A stretch of DNA of 61,133 bases, filler included. It is 13 parts of 13 records of this genome, joined end to end, with 100 filler letters (N's around TTAATTAATTAA, not from the genome) between each part and the next. Parts side by side here need not be neighbours in the genome. Positions count along the whole stretch, not along the records: positions 39,875 to 44,614 come from SRR15195285_10440; positions 44,715 to 49,142 come from SRR15195285_10452; positions 49,243 to 52,661 come from SRR15195285_10484; positions 52,762 to 56,990 come from SRR15195285_10486; 9 more parts are not named here. One strand, written 5' to 3'. The translations under genes were made by a program, and so were the position numbers. Below the pieces are notes generated by a model. That model saw nothing but the letters and a program-made list of their open reading frames with translations, ran no database searches and had not been told where the DNA came from. Positions 44,346-56,570 of this stretch are shown in pieces. How positions within the stretch are numbered: position 1 is the first letter of the stretch; every line of letters starts with the position of its first letter.

Positions 44346-44924
44346 AATGCGTCGATACGTCAGCTGTAATGCCCGGGGGCGGAGCGGGGCAGCTGGTGGT
44401 CGGTAGAAGTTGTCCTACGAACGGCGCCGGGCGTCTACACTCGCTGGCGCGTGTGCCTGCCAGCGTTATTCGCGCCGCATCCGCATGGCACGCCGGCGTC
44501 GCGGTCCCATGGATGGATGCATGCGGCAGTTGAAGTCACACATGCGCGTACTAGATCTATTAATAGCTAGTATGTACGCACGCGTTGCCTTTAATCGTGG
44601 CGTATATTAGATAANNNNNNNNNNNNNNNNNNNNNNNNNNNNNNNNNNNNNNNNNNNNTTAATTAATTAANNNNNNNNNNNNNNNNNNNNNNNNNNNNNN
44701 NNNNNNNNNNNNNNAGGGGTGCCATCGAACTCGGTCTCAGTCTACCAGGTACTATGAATAGTACGGTACTAGTACAATAATTGCGATGGTTTGATCGTTG
44801 CGCATCTGAGCCTGAGGCAACCACCGCCACGGGCTGAGGGACCAGCCACAAACCACCACCAACACCACCACCCTCGACCCTGCTGCTGCTGCACCAGCCT
44901 CACCGTGTCTGCAGCCATAGCCAG

Positions 44925-45270
44925 GCCCTGCTGTGGCCCCTGCTGTGGCCCTGCTGTGGCCCGTGCCGAGCTGCGGCCTGTGCCGTGCTGTGCTGTGGCC
45001 CGTGCTGTGCGGTGGGCTCTGGCCTGTGCCGTGCTGGGCCCGTGCTGTACTGTGGCCCCTGCTGTGGCCCTGCTGTGACCCGTGCCGTGCGGTGGCCTCT
45101 GGCCTGTGCCGTGCTGTACTGCGGCCTGGCCTGTGCCGTGCTGAGCCCGTGCGGTGGCCTCTGGCCTGTGCTGCAGTGCGGCTGGCGGCGGCGCGATGAT
45201 TGTTTGAACGTTGCCAAGGCGACGGAACTACCGCAGCCGCTGACCGCCGTGGCCGTGCTGTGCTGTACCG
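44925..45270. repeat. Cryptic simple repeat or minisatellite of CTGTGGCCC and GTGCCGTGCTG units
   Basis: Many shuffled CTGTG, GGCC and GTGCCGTGCTG units; strongly A-poor on the + strand. Confidence 0.85.
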
Positions 45271-45428
45271 AGCGCGGTGGGTGCCGTCCATGGCCCACGC
45301 TGCTGTAGATTACGAGTCATAGCAGGCCTGATAGATAGCTGAGTGCCGCGCTCAGTGTGGCCATGGCCTGCAGCACTGCAACATTGATAGGTAGCGTCCG
45401 GGGCCCCGGGTGATCGGTCTCGGTCGCG

Positions 45429-48400
45429 ATGGCGGCGCATACGCACGCGGGCGTGGGCGGGCAGGACGACGCGCTGCACGTCCTCGTCAACAACATGGAT
45501 GCGCTGGACGACTTGCTGGGCGACGCCAGCGCGTTCAGCATCGCGACTGAGCACGCGATGACGCCCAGCATGCCCGAGCTGCAGAAGCCGGCGCAGGCGG
45601 GCCTGCTCCAGCACACGCAGCAGCTCGCGAACCCGCCCGCCGGCACGGCATCGCCGTGGATGCTCGGGGACATGACCGTGACCGACTTGACGGCGCAGCG
45701 ACAGGCAGCCGAGGAGCGCGCAACCGCGGCGGAGGCCCGGGCTGCCGCAGCTGAGATGGCCGTGAAGGCAGCCGAGGAGCGGGCGGACCAGCTCGAGAAG
45801 GAGGCCGCAGATGCTGTAGCCAAAGCCGCCAGGGACGCCGCCGCGGTGGCCAAGCGGAAGAAGCGGGAGAGTGCACGCTCGCGCTGGAAGAGCGCAGGTC
45901 AGGCCGGACGCGCCACGGCCCTGCTGTTTGGTGCAGCTGACCACGCTGCTGAGAAGACAGCCGCCGCTGAGGCCGAACGCGCTGCCGCGGAGGCTGGAGT
46001 GGCCGCAATGCGGACGGACTCGGAGTGGATCGAACCGGATGAGAAACTCGTAGCGCTGGTCAAGAGCCTCAGCCGCCCGATGGAAGCGAATGACGTGGAT
46101 CTACACGCCATCTCGCCCACCAGCGCGATCCGAGGAAACGTTCCACACGTCGGCGCGGCGGGTGGGTCGCTGTTGGCCTTGTCGCTCGCCGCTTCGTCCC
46201 TGGCCCCTCGTGATGCGGAGCTCCTCGCGGAGTATCTTCGGCTCAACACTGCGCCAGGGCTCACCTCCCTGAACCTTTCGAGCAACGCGATTGGTGCCCC
46301 AGGGCTACGAAGTATCGCACAAGTGCTTCCTTCGACGGCGATCGCTTCGCTCGACCTCACGCGGAACCACATCTGTACGTGGTTCAGCAGCGGTGACGAC
46401 GCGGCAGGCCTAGATGGCCTCGATTTCTCATTGGCAGGTCTGCACGCACTGAGCGATGCCATACCGCGCTCCGGGCTGACTGCCCTCTCGCTGCGGCACA
46501 ACGAGCTCTCACCTGCTGGAGCTGCAGTGATTTCCACAGCGCTCGGTCATGCCGGATGTTCGCTGATTTGCGTTGACTTAGGCTGGTGCACGCTAGGCTC
46601 GGAGGGCGTCGGGGTGATCGCGAGGGCACTGCCGCAGACACATGCACTAGCAGACCTAGACCTCACAGGCAACGTGAGCGCGGACGATGGTGATGAGGGC
46701 GGCTGGGTGCCACTTCTGGCTGAAGCCTTGCCCCGTGCACAAGCTTTGCGCACTCTGGGACTCGCGGCGAACAGGCTGGGTTACGCTCGAATACCGTCAC
46801 AGCTCGCGATACGTCAAGAACAGTACCTCCATGGCATTGGAGGTGGAAGCCGCGTGGATGCGGGCAGAGGGATCAGCCTTGGACAGCTAGCTCCACCTAA
46901 CATACGCGCTGGCGCAGGCAATGAAAATGTAGCCGCGCTGTCCGTCTTGGCGCCGGCAGCTGCGTTGTCTAATCTACTGACATTGCGGTTGGCCGCAAAC
47001 GCACTGGATGCGAAGGGAATACTCGCCCTTGGGCGTGCGCTGTGCCGAAGTAGGCTCACGACCCTAGACCTTTCGTTTCAGCTCTCACCCGGCGAAGGGC
47101 CGATTGAAGGTACCGAAGAGTACAGCAAGTTCTACACTGCTGGCGGTGGTATGAGCCCCAGTGATCATCAGCAGCAGCAGCAGCAGCAGCCGCCGCCAGA
47201 GGAGGTGCAGCGTCTGTGTCGGCTCTACCAGGGATCCTCCACAGGCGTTTCGCTGCAGCTGCTAAATGGTTTAGTGTGTGCATTGCCTTCTGAGAGCTCA
47301 ACCGCTGCTACTAGTGCAGCGCTAGGTACGGGGGGTGCTGGTGCTGCCAACGCACCGCCGGAACCGATGCTGCACTGGGTCGCCCGGCGTGGGTGGGTCG
47401 ACTGGAGCGCAAGACTTCTATCCCTGCGGCATTCAGATCTGTATATTCTCGATCAGGATGGCCAATCAGTACTGGAAGTTGCTACTCCGGAGGTTGCAAG
47501 ACTCGTACAAGATGCCCTTGCGCGCCTTGAGCACCCGCCGGAGCTGGCTGTGACGTATAGCGGTGGGTTAGTCTTTCGATCATTTGATGGGACAACAGAG
47601 CTGATCGATGAGCTGGACCCTCGGCCACCCGGGACTGCTGCGCAGGCTGCATTAGAAGAGCTTGCGACCGCAGGCGTCGACAACGCTGATAGCAGTGATC
47701 TTCATCGCCGGTTGAGGCTACCAGTTGTTGCAGGAGATGGGCGCGAAATGCTCGAGGGGATTGGTGCAGTTACACTACGCGCAATTCAGACAGCAATGGT
47801 TGGAACCGTACGGAGTGAGGTGCAGAAAGCATCGGCAGAGCTGCGGGACGAAGTGGCAGCTCTGGCGCAAAGTTGCAGGGACCTAGCGAGCCAGAACCAG
47901 AGCCACCACAGGGTTACGACTCTTGATGGCGCTGGGGGTGGAAGGCGTTCTGCTGCAGGGCCAACGACCGGCGGCGGTGTGAGCACGGCATTGGTTCGCC
48001 GTGCTGCCGAGAATGCAGACCTCGATGGCTCTGAGCAGGCAATGTGGGAAATGCCGTCGTCGCTCCCTTCTGTGAACGGTCCAAGTGGAGCTGAGCCAGC
48101 TGGGGATGAGCCATGGGACATGAGATCATGGATGCGCGAATCAGTTGACCCAGAATCGATCTCAGTTGCGGCGACAACAGCAACAGGAGCATTAACGGAT
48201 GCTGAGGATGATTCCACTGTACCAGCTGGTGCTCATGCCCGAAGCGCCACAGATGTTCTTCCTGGCCACCGCCGAAGCGAGATTGGTGCTGCGGTTGAAG
48301 CGGCAAGTACCGCAGGCGGACATGGAATGGAGCAGGCAATCCGTACGATTTCTGCAGAGCAGGAACGCTGCAGGAAAGAACTGGTTGAGCTCCGTATCAA

Positions 48401-49142
48401 GCTCGAGGCCTCTGTTCTTGCTGGGCAGGTGCCAGACCATCTTGCAGCCGCAGTGGCTGAGGCTGTGAACGGTCAGGAATCTATCCTGAGGATGCTGTGC
48501 CTGCAGGGTGAAGCGCAGCAAGCGAGGTTGGCGTTACCTGGGGAGGTTGTTGTGGAAAGCTCAGGCGCCAGCCGGACAGTTGGCGGCACCAACCTGGCAT
48601 CAGTCTCCAAATCTGTCGCTGACCTCTCCCACCAGTTCCGTTCGTTGCAGAACGAACTACTCAATGGCGGTGGAGCAAATCGTGGGCGGCGTGGAAGAAG
48701 GGGTAGCAAGATCAGGAACGCTTTTGAACTGTGTGCTGGCCGAGTGCGGAGTGAGCGTCGTCCAACTAAAGTCACTGAGACGTCGATTGAAGCACCGCAA
48801 TTGAAGATTAACATGAACCCAAAGCACTGGGTGGCATCACAGCCGCAACCAGCTCCAGCTCCACATCTGCAGCCGGAAACGCAGCCGCAGCGGCAGCCGG
48901 AGCCAGAGCCGGAACCCTCACCGCCAGAATCTGGCACTATCGTTGGACAAGATGCGGAACCACCTATGATGCTGCAGGCAAGCGCCAATGCGGCTCTGGC
49001 CGCGAAGGAAGAGCCGGAGCCACGCACAGCCAGCATGGACCGGGCAGCGGATGCGAATAAAGGACGAGGTTCTCGTGGTCGATCGAAGACCACGCGTGGT
49101 CGTGGGAGCGGCCGTGGGCGTGGGCGTGGGCGTGGGCGTGGT
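45429..49142 (+). CDS. RI-like (NLRC3-type) leucine-rich-repeat protein with ankyrin-like repeat, coiled coils and RG tail (3' truncated)
   Basis: LTSLNLSSNAIGAPG, LTALSLRHNELSPAG, LRTLGLAANRLG; MLHWVARRG..DQDGQSVLEVA; PEPEPEP and (GR)n at the end. Confidence 0.85.
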
Positions 49143-49242
49143 NNNNNNNNNNNNNNNNNNNNNNNNNNNNNNNNNNNNNNNNNNNNTTAATTAATTAANN
49201 NNNNNNNNNNNNNNNNNNNNNNNNNNNNNNNNNNNNNNNNNN

Positions 49243-49453
49243 CAGCAGTGAACCCCACCAATGCAGCTCGGCGGGACGCCGGCATGTCGGCCCAGTTGAG
49301 CTGCAGCTGAGTCGCCGCCGCCCACGCATCTTCGGCTCTCGCGGACACCGCACGGTACGCCGCTCCCGCTCGCTCGGCGAGCGCAGACGCCACGGGCACC
49401 CCGCTGCCCACCGCATTGGTAGGGCGCGTCAGCATACTACTTGTAGCCTCCAT
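49243..49453 (-). CDS. 5' fragment of a hypothetical gene
   Basis: MEATSSMLTRPTNAVGSG..RRAALVGFTA open into the spacer, divergent from the next gene. Confidence 0.45.
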
Positions 49454-49869
49454 CCCTGAGGCGAACAGGCGGCAGGGACCGACCGGCGTGTGCGCTGTGC
49501 GGATATGCCGTCTCGCGTATTTCGAGTATTCGTATTGAGCATGAGGTATTACTATTAGCCGATACGGGGAGTGACTGAACAGTGATTCGACATGCATGAC
49601 TTATTTTTAGTGACCACTACAGACTCTCTCTACTGCAGGAATTCCTGGGTCTAGCTACAGCTGTATTGATAAATCAGAGCGGTCTGTACGTATCGGTACC
49701 GGTCGGCGTATGTCGTATCGCGAGACAACCCCGCAGAATTGAGGATGAAGTGCCTTGAATTCTGCGGGTGTGCAGTAAGGGCTGCTCCAGCCACCGTGGC
49801 AGCGCAAGGCGTGGCCATCCTCGATCCTGTCCTGCGCTGCGCTGTGCGCGACACGGGCTGCGGGACGCC

Positions 49870-51954
49870 ATGGCGGTGCTCAACACGGCCTGTGGGACAC
49901 CGTACCAGCGTGCGCGGTACGGCCCGAGGGTGGCGGGGGTGCTGGGCTTGCTGCTGCTGTTCTTGGTGTGGCGCACTGAGCGCTCGGTCTGGCACCGTCT
50001 CGGCGGTCTCCCGAGCTGGGAGGACGGCGACAGATTTGAGCAGCAGCTGCACCACCACCTGACGCCCGCCAAGGACCGATGTGCGGACTTGTTTGCGGAA
50101 GGTAACTCGCCGAGGCTGACACGGATGAAGAAGTTTGACTTGAGTCGATGCGGCTTCGGCGCCCTGCCGCCGCACTTTCCATGGGATCAGATGCACGAGT
50201 TGACGGAGCTGGACGCCTCTGAAAACCAGCTCAGCTTGCTGCCGGACGGCATCGAAGGGCTTCCCAGGCTGCGCATCCTACTGCTTGGTATGAATCGCTT
50301 CACGGCAGTCCCTCAAGTCGTGCGCACGCTGCCTACACTGGAGGTGCTAGGCATGCAGGGCAACGATCTGGCATCGCTGGGAGAGGGCGAGCTGCCTCCC
50401 CGCCTCACTCAGCTGCTGCTCTCCGACAACAACCTCCGTGCCATTCCAGCTTCGGTTTCTCGGCTGCACTCCTTGCGACGCCTTGGCCTCTCTGGTAATG
50501 AGCTAGAGGTGGTTCCAGTGCACCTGTCTTATATTGACTCGCTGGAGGCTCTTGGCCTAGCTGGCAACCGCCTGCGTGAGCACGGCGGACTTCCCGCGGA
50601 ACTCTTCGAGCTGCCGAGGCTGTCATGGGTCACAGTGGCATCAAATCGGTGGCCACTGCGGACGAGCGGTGACATGAACAATGGAATGGCGCTAAACACA
50701 CGAGCAGCTGCCGCTCTGGCGGCCGGACGTGCGATCCTGCCGAAGATGGAGGCCAGCCTTACCATTGATGCCAGAAACACGCAGGTCCTACTGCTGCAAC
50801 AACTGCGTCCAGCAGCGGCAGCGACACAGGTCGGCCGTGTCTTTGCGAATTCCGCGGTTCCGTACAAACTGTACAACGCGACGGTGGCAGGGGAACCTGT
50901 CATCCTCAAGGTATTCAAGGCGAGTGCGCCGACAGGCCTTTCAAAGGAGGAGGCGCTGATCCACGAGCTGGTCGGTCCGCATGAGAATCTCGAGGGGTGC
51001 AGTGGTGTGGTGATGCACCTCAACGTCAGCGCGGATAAATTTGCGGAGCTGCATATCGATTTACCGACAACGAACTACAAAGGCGGCGTGCAGTACTACT
51101 CGACGACGCATTCAGGGGACTCACAGGATCCCAGCGCGACTGACAAAGCGATGCAGTCGACTGGCTTGCTGATGCACTTTCCTGCCGGTCGGTCACGCGT
51201 CGTTGGGAGGGACCCAGTCGAAGAGGAGGAAGAGCGACGACAACAATCGAAGCGATTGCATCGGCATAAGGATAGTGTGCGCGACATCGAAGACTGGATG
51301 GCAGATGGCGTGAACGGTCTCCGGCCGCTGGCTGACCATCCAACGATCCTCAAGCCCCTGCGATCGCAGTACCCACACCGGCGGCGTTTCTCGCTCGGCT
51401 TCATTATGCGCGTGCTTCAGGGGGTATGTGCCGCGCTCGAGCACCTGCATAAGCACCAGATCAGCCATGGTGCGCTGGCAGCTCACCGTGTGCTTGTGGA
51501 CGGCGAGCAGCTCACTCTACGTGAGCACGGTCACGAGCATGATCACATCATCGAGATGTCACCGACTGGTCCAGTTCTTCTGACCGATCTCTCTGCCGCA
51601 TTTTCCTATGCCTCCGCCACTACCGGCTCCCCTGGTGAGGCCCCTGAGGCGAAGAGCAGAGGGGTAGGCGACTTCGAGCGGCTGGAGGTGCGGAGCTTCG
51701 GTCTTCTAATAGCCGAGCTGCAGGCGCGGTACGACGCACGACGTGCGATTGATGACCAGGGTCTGTTCGACAGCGCCACCAAGAAATTGCTAGATGAGCT
51801 CTCCCAGACGGCAACTTCCCCGGCGGTTGCGCTACGGCCGACATTTGCAGAGCTCCGTGTTTCTCTGGAGAGGATCAAAGAGAAGGCGCTGCCCGAAGGC
51901 GACTGGTATCAGCATAGCCACGAGACTCACGGAAGCCCGTGGATTGCAGGCTGA
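49870..51954 (+). CDS. Signal-anchored LRR + kinase-fold protein (probable pseudokinase)
   Basis: TM VAGVLGLLLLFLVW; about 8 LRRs; VILKVFK, ISHGALAAHRVLV, LTDLSAA, FERLEVRSFGLLIAEL, RPTFAEL. Confidence 0.85.
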   Translation: MAVLNTACGTPYQRARYGPRVAGVLGLLLLFLVWRTERSVWHRLGGLPSWEDGDRFEQQLHHHLTPAKDRCADLFAEGNSPRLTRMKKFDLSRCGFGALPPHFPWDQMHELTELDASENQLSLLPDGIEGLPRLRILLLGMNRFTAVPQVVRTLPTLEVLGMQGNDLASLGEGELPPRLTQLLLSDNNLRAIPASVSRLHSLRRLGLSGNELEVVPVHLSYIDSLEALGLAGNRLREHGGLPAELFELPRLSWVTVASNRWPLRTSGDMNNGMALNTRAAAALAAGRAILPKMEASLTIDARNTQVLLLQQLRPAAAATQVGRVFANSAVPYKLYNATVAGEPVILKVFKASAPTGLSKEEALIHELVGPHENLEGCSGVVMHLNVSADKFAELHIDLPTTNYKGGVQYYSTTHSGDSQDPSATDKAMQSTGLLMHFPAGRSRVVGRDPVEEEEERRQQSKRLHRHKDSVRDIEDWMADGVNGLRPLADHPTILKPLRSQYPHRRRFSLGFIMRVLQGVCAALEHLHKHQISHGALAAHRVLVDGEQLTLREHGHEHDHIIEMSPTGPVLLTDLSAAFSYASATTGSPGEAPEAKSRGVGDFERLEVRSFGLLIAELQARYDARRAIDDQGLFDSATKKLLDELSQTATSPAVALRPTFAELRVSLERIKEKALPEGDWYQHSHETHGSPWIAG

Positions 51955-52041
51955 TGTCTGCTATCGATGATGAAATCCTACACTAACATCGTAGTTGATC
52001 TACATGCAGACTGGTGCTCCACTGCGAATGGCACAGTTAGA

Positions 52042-52661
52042 TCAGTAGTGTCGCCAGAATGCATCCACACAATTTTGGCCATATAAACACCGAACTGCTC
52101 GACAAGAATGTAGTTTCCGATCAACAATTCGACCAGGCTCTGGACAGCTTTTTGCTCGGGTCTCGCAGGCTGGCCGCTCATCGACGGCCGTTGCCGGGCA
52201 CGTTGAAATGACCCAACAACAGCAGCAACGCAACGAAACCAACGCTTGCGATGTTGCACTGACCAGCAGCTGAACGTTGTGACCTGTGCGCCTCTGCCTC
52301 CATCGCTTCCGACACGGCTTGCTCCGCTGCCGAGCTCCCGGAGGTCTGTCCAGCCTCAGGGACTGCCGCAAGGTGACCATCTTCCTGTGTCCGACCCAGG
52401 CAATCCATATTAGACCACGTGTGATTGTCCACCATATGGTGCGACCAATGTGTACAAGCAGCAAGCGGCGGGCAAGCAAGCAACGCATCCAAGGCGAAGT
52501 GGACGCAGCACTGTGTGCGCTGACCGCTTCAAGCAACGCCTCCCACCCCGCCCCAGACCCGTCAGCGCTGCCTTCCCGTCGTCTCATCGCATAGAGTCCA
52601 CAGTACTTGCAGGTCTTCCAGCCACTGGGTGGGGGCTTAAATCTCTGGCTGTGCCGAAACA
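52042..52661 (-). CDS. 3' exons of a truncated hypothetical gene
   Basis: Tentative splice: FRHSQRFKPPPSGWKTCKYCG..LLEA | EDGHLAA..SAA | ..DAFWRHY*. Confidence 0.35.
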
Positions 52662-52761
52662 NNNNNNNNNNNNNNNNNNNNNNNNNNNNNNNNNNNNNNN
52701 NNNNNTTAATTAATTAANNNNNNNNNNNNNNNNNNNNNNNNNNNNNNNNNNNNNNNNNNNN

Positions 52762-55700
52762 GCTTCTTCAGGCAATCACCGATTATCCTAGCAGGCCAAG
52801 CAGAGGCAGTGAGAATTAGGGACGTACATAGGCTGAAATTCGGAAACGATCTTTTTGCGCTGTTTGTCAATCCCAGCGACCACCGCAAGCGCATCATTAG
52901 CCTCCATCTCGGCAAGCTCTTGCACGCCCTGAACGGCCTTATTGGCAGTATCTATCGGGTGCTCGATGGTTGAAAGCACTAGTTCGCCCATAGGCAATGC
53001 AGCAATCGCCTCGCGAGAGTACTGAGAGATGTCCACAGCCATACCGACCAGGCCGCCCTGCTGGCTCCCCTTCGCCGCGTTAGCCTTCCGCGCCATCTCT
53101 GCACTACGGAGCACCTGCAGGCAGAGGTTGTCATCAGATGCTAGCATGAAATCGAGCCATTCTTCAAGCGAGATCGACCGAGTCTGGTCGGGGTCGATGA
53201 CTGGGCAGATAACCTTGAGCTCCTCCTTGGTGACTGGCACGCGGTGGTGCTTCAGCCCCTTCCACAGCTGCTTGTAGCTCACTGAATCACCACCGTTGCA
53301 CATACTGTAGAACAGCGCCTTCGAGCGGGCCATTCGCCGTGCCTTCACGAATTGCTTTTTCGTGGCAGCGCCAAATTTTATCACCTCTTCCTCGAAAGAC
53401 TTGATGTCCCCCCAGGGGACGCCACACTCACCCGCAACGTTCACAACATCCGCAATCGCACGCACTAGGAAGGTGCCAAACTCCTTTACGAGAATAGAAT
53501 CTCTTTCTGGATCGGTTGCGTCAAGACGCAACGACTTAGCGCCCAACGCTGTTGCTTGAGTAGCAGGGTCCTTTTTCTGGAATTTCTCGAACTCGTCACG
53601 GGAGAGAAACTTAACGAGCTCATCCGCCTCAGTTTGTGTCTCCTGTTCATTCAGTAGGTTCAGCGCCTGCTTGCGAGTCACGCGACTCTTGCCTAGCTGC
53701 CTCCGCGAATCGCCGCTTTCCAGATAGTGAGCATGCATTTGCAATTTCATTCGTTTGAAAAAGCGGTGCCGGGCAACGGCGCGCTGTATCAGCTTCACTG
53801 ACTCTAGTACGTCTGGCGGTGGATTACTCCAATCGACACCTGACCACCGCTCCCGGTGCTCGTTCGTACTTTTGTGGCTGATCTCGATGTTCTTTTGGTG
53901 TTGCTCTTCGTCAATCGACGTTAACTTGTGCAACAGCGCTACTTCTCCTGTCCGTAGCATGTCCAGCATTTTCAAACCCTTTTCGAGCCTAGGCTTGCCT
54001 TTCACTACTGTGGTCGTCTCCAACCGCATTATAATGCGATGCCGCACGTTCTCAATTGTTTCCATGTGCGATACAGTTACCTGGAGCGCGTCATCATGAA
54101 GATGCAGGACGCCTACAAGTAGTGAAATGCGTCGAGATACTTTCGGCAGGACAAAGAAGATGAGTAGAACCGCCGGCATTAGTGCCATGACATGATAGTA
54201 CAGCGAGTCAACAAAGCAATCTGTGATCATAATGCACCGATCTGCCGAACGATCTGTACCCCACGGCGTGAGCTCGATCTCCTCCCCTTGCCCATAACCG
54301 TTGTTCCAATCCATCAACGCTTGGTTGACTCGAAGGGAGTAGTGCCACTGATAGAACGCTACGTACATGCAGCAGAGTAGCATCACCATTTTCGTAGTGG
54401 AGCACAGGAAAATGAAGAGCCTGTAGGACAAAACGTCATTAGCGTCTTTCTGAGCATTTGCAAAATGCATCATCTCTTTTTCCTCGCCTCCACGTTCGTC
54501 TGCCTCATCTTCGCCTGCTTTCGCTGCCTTGTCCCTTTTCTTTTTCTTACGCTGCTTTTCTTTATCTGTCGGACTGTTGGTGATCTCGTTCTCAAGGAAC
54601 CGCGTTAGGTTTGCAGTCGACCTGTGACCGGTGTTCGGATTTATGCTCTCCCCATTGAGATCATCGTGAGGTCTCTGACCATCCCCTGACAGCGCACGGT
54701 CTATCATCGGTGCGCCGTCGTCTTCATCGCTGCTGCTACCATCATCGTCACCTTCGTGATGGACTGTGATCGTCTCTTCTGACACAAAGTGGCCATCCAA
54801 ACGCTTCTTGCCGCGTTCTTGATTGCGTTCAAAATGTGCATCCAGCTTGGCAAGCAGAACTGGAATGTTGCTCGGTTCACCTGCGCCGTGGAAGTGGTAG
54901 ATGAGGTTGTGGCGATGGCGCAAGAAGTACAACAGAATCAGTTCGATGAGGAAAAGCAGCCATCCGCCTAAGATGAACATCTGGATGTGGCCATGCTCCA
55001 GCGTTTGCTGCTTATTCAACTCTTGTTCTATCTCGCATTTTCTGCAGAAGAACTCATACGTGCTCGTGGTGTTGGTCAAATTCAGTGAAACGCCGTCCAG
55101 GCTCGATTCGACAGCTGCATATCGGTACACAGCGGCACAAAACGGCACGAAATGGCACGCAGTGATTAGTAGGCGGGCGGGCGGGCGGTCGAGGCTCTAC
55201 CCGCAAACTGCGCTCCAGCGCTCCCTGAGAACAGCGACTATCGCTGCGGCACAAACCGAAGTGAAAAGGGGAGCAGCTCAATCACTCACCGGTCACGTTC
55301 AGCTCGGCCGTCGAGAAGAGGTCACCAGTCACGTTGTATATAGTGGCATCGTCCATGCCGCACGGCATGGGGACACCAACGCGTGAATCCGCAAAGAACT
55401 TGCAGTCACTCTCATCCTCCTCAGCCGCCGCCCCTAGCCGGCGGCGAATCCCTGAGTTGTCATCAACAGTACTGCCGCCGTCTTCCATCCCCAGTCGCTC
55501 TCTACCTCGTTCCATCGCAAGTAGGGACAGCTCCTCAGCCTGCATGCGTTGCTCTTCAACAATCTTTTCACTTATATCCAGGGTCTCCTCGGCCAAATAG
55601 CACAGTCCCATCAACGCGAGCCAGTGGTACGCAGACTGATCCCGAGATAGCGAGGCAGACCAAGCACGTGTCTCAGTGTTTCACGGATAGGCACACCCGG

Positions 55701-56570
55701 GGCCTTGTAGAAACTACCCGCGCAATGCAAAGGAAAAGCCGAGGGCGGCGAGCAAACGTGCGCACCAGCTCAGACAGGTTGACCACCACGTCCTCCAGCA
55801 CGAACGCAAGGTATCTGTTGTAGTCAAAGGTGCGGTCCAAGTAGAACTTCGTTTTGAAAAGCAGCTCGACCACCTTGAAGTCTGCTTCCGTGCGCCAATG
55901 CAGCCCTATACCGAGCGTGTTTTTCACAAAATCGTCCAGCCAAAGGCATATCCTCTGACCGACCGTGGGCTTATCCGGCGGCAGATTTTCCTTCAGCTCC
56001 CGGATGACGTCGTGAGTAGTTTTCATCGCCATGCGATCCCAGGAGCGTTTGCTGATATGCATCCCGAAGCTGCTCACCGCCTGCTCGCACGCGCGGCGCG
56101 CAGCAAATGCGTGAGTGGCGGGTGTGGCTTGCGGAACGGTAGCGAGCGGAGCTTCGCTCACCATATTGGCGACGTAAAGAAAGATACTGAACGTGACCAA
56201 CAGCAGGCTAAAGTCAAAACAATGGGTGTAGGATTTTGTCGGATGGACGACACGAAAGTCCTTCGCCAAGATGAACAGGAACTGAATGAACCCAAGGATC
56301 ATCAGCTCCTTGTACACCTTGTGCACCATGCTGATGTTAGCTGGGCTGGATTCCGCCTGCGCAGCGACGGCTGGTCAGGCACCAACGTGGTCGAGCAGGG
56401 CCGCTGGACGCACGGGACAGGCGCGAGCGCACCTTTTCCTCGATGGTTGAGAAGAACAGGTCCAGGAACCAGCAGAACACGATCATGGCAACAAACATCG
56501 GGCCCACGCAGCCGACATCGACCTCGCCCGAGAAGACGTGCCCGCCCCCCAGGTCCATGCCGCCGCCCAT
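52762..56570 (-). CDS. MLO-like multi-pass membrane protein with IQ-like motif and C-terminal EF-hand (multi-exon, probably 3' truncated)
   Basis: MVHKVYKELMILGFIQF and FDYNRYL (MLO signatures); several TM helices; LIQRAVARHRFFKR; DPDQTRSISLEE EF loop; at least four GT-AG introns. Confidence 0.82.

Noticed and set aside
44752-45308. Ala/Arg/Cys-rich ORFs on both strands
   Set aside because: By-products of the low-complexity satellite; no domain signal.
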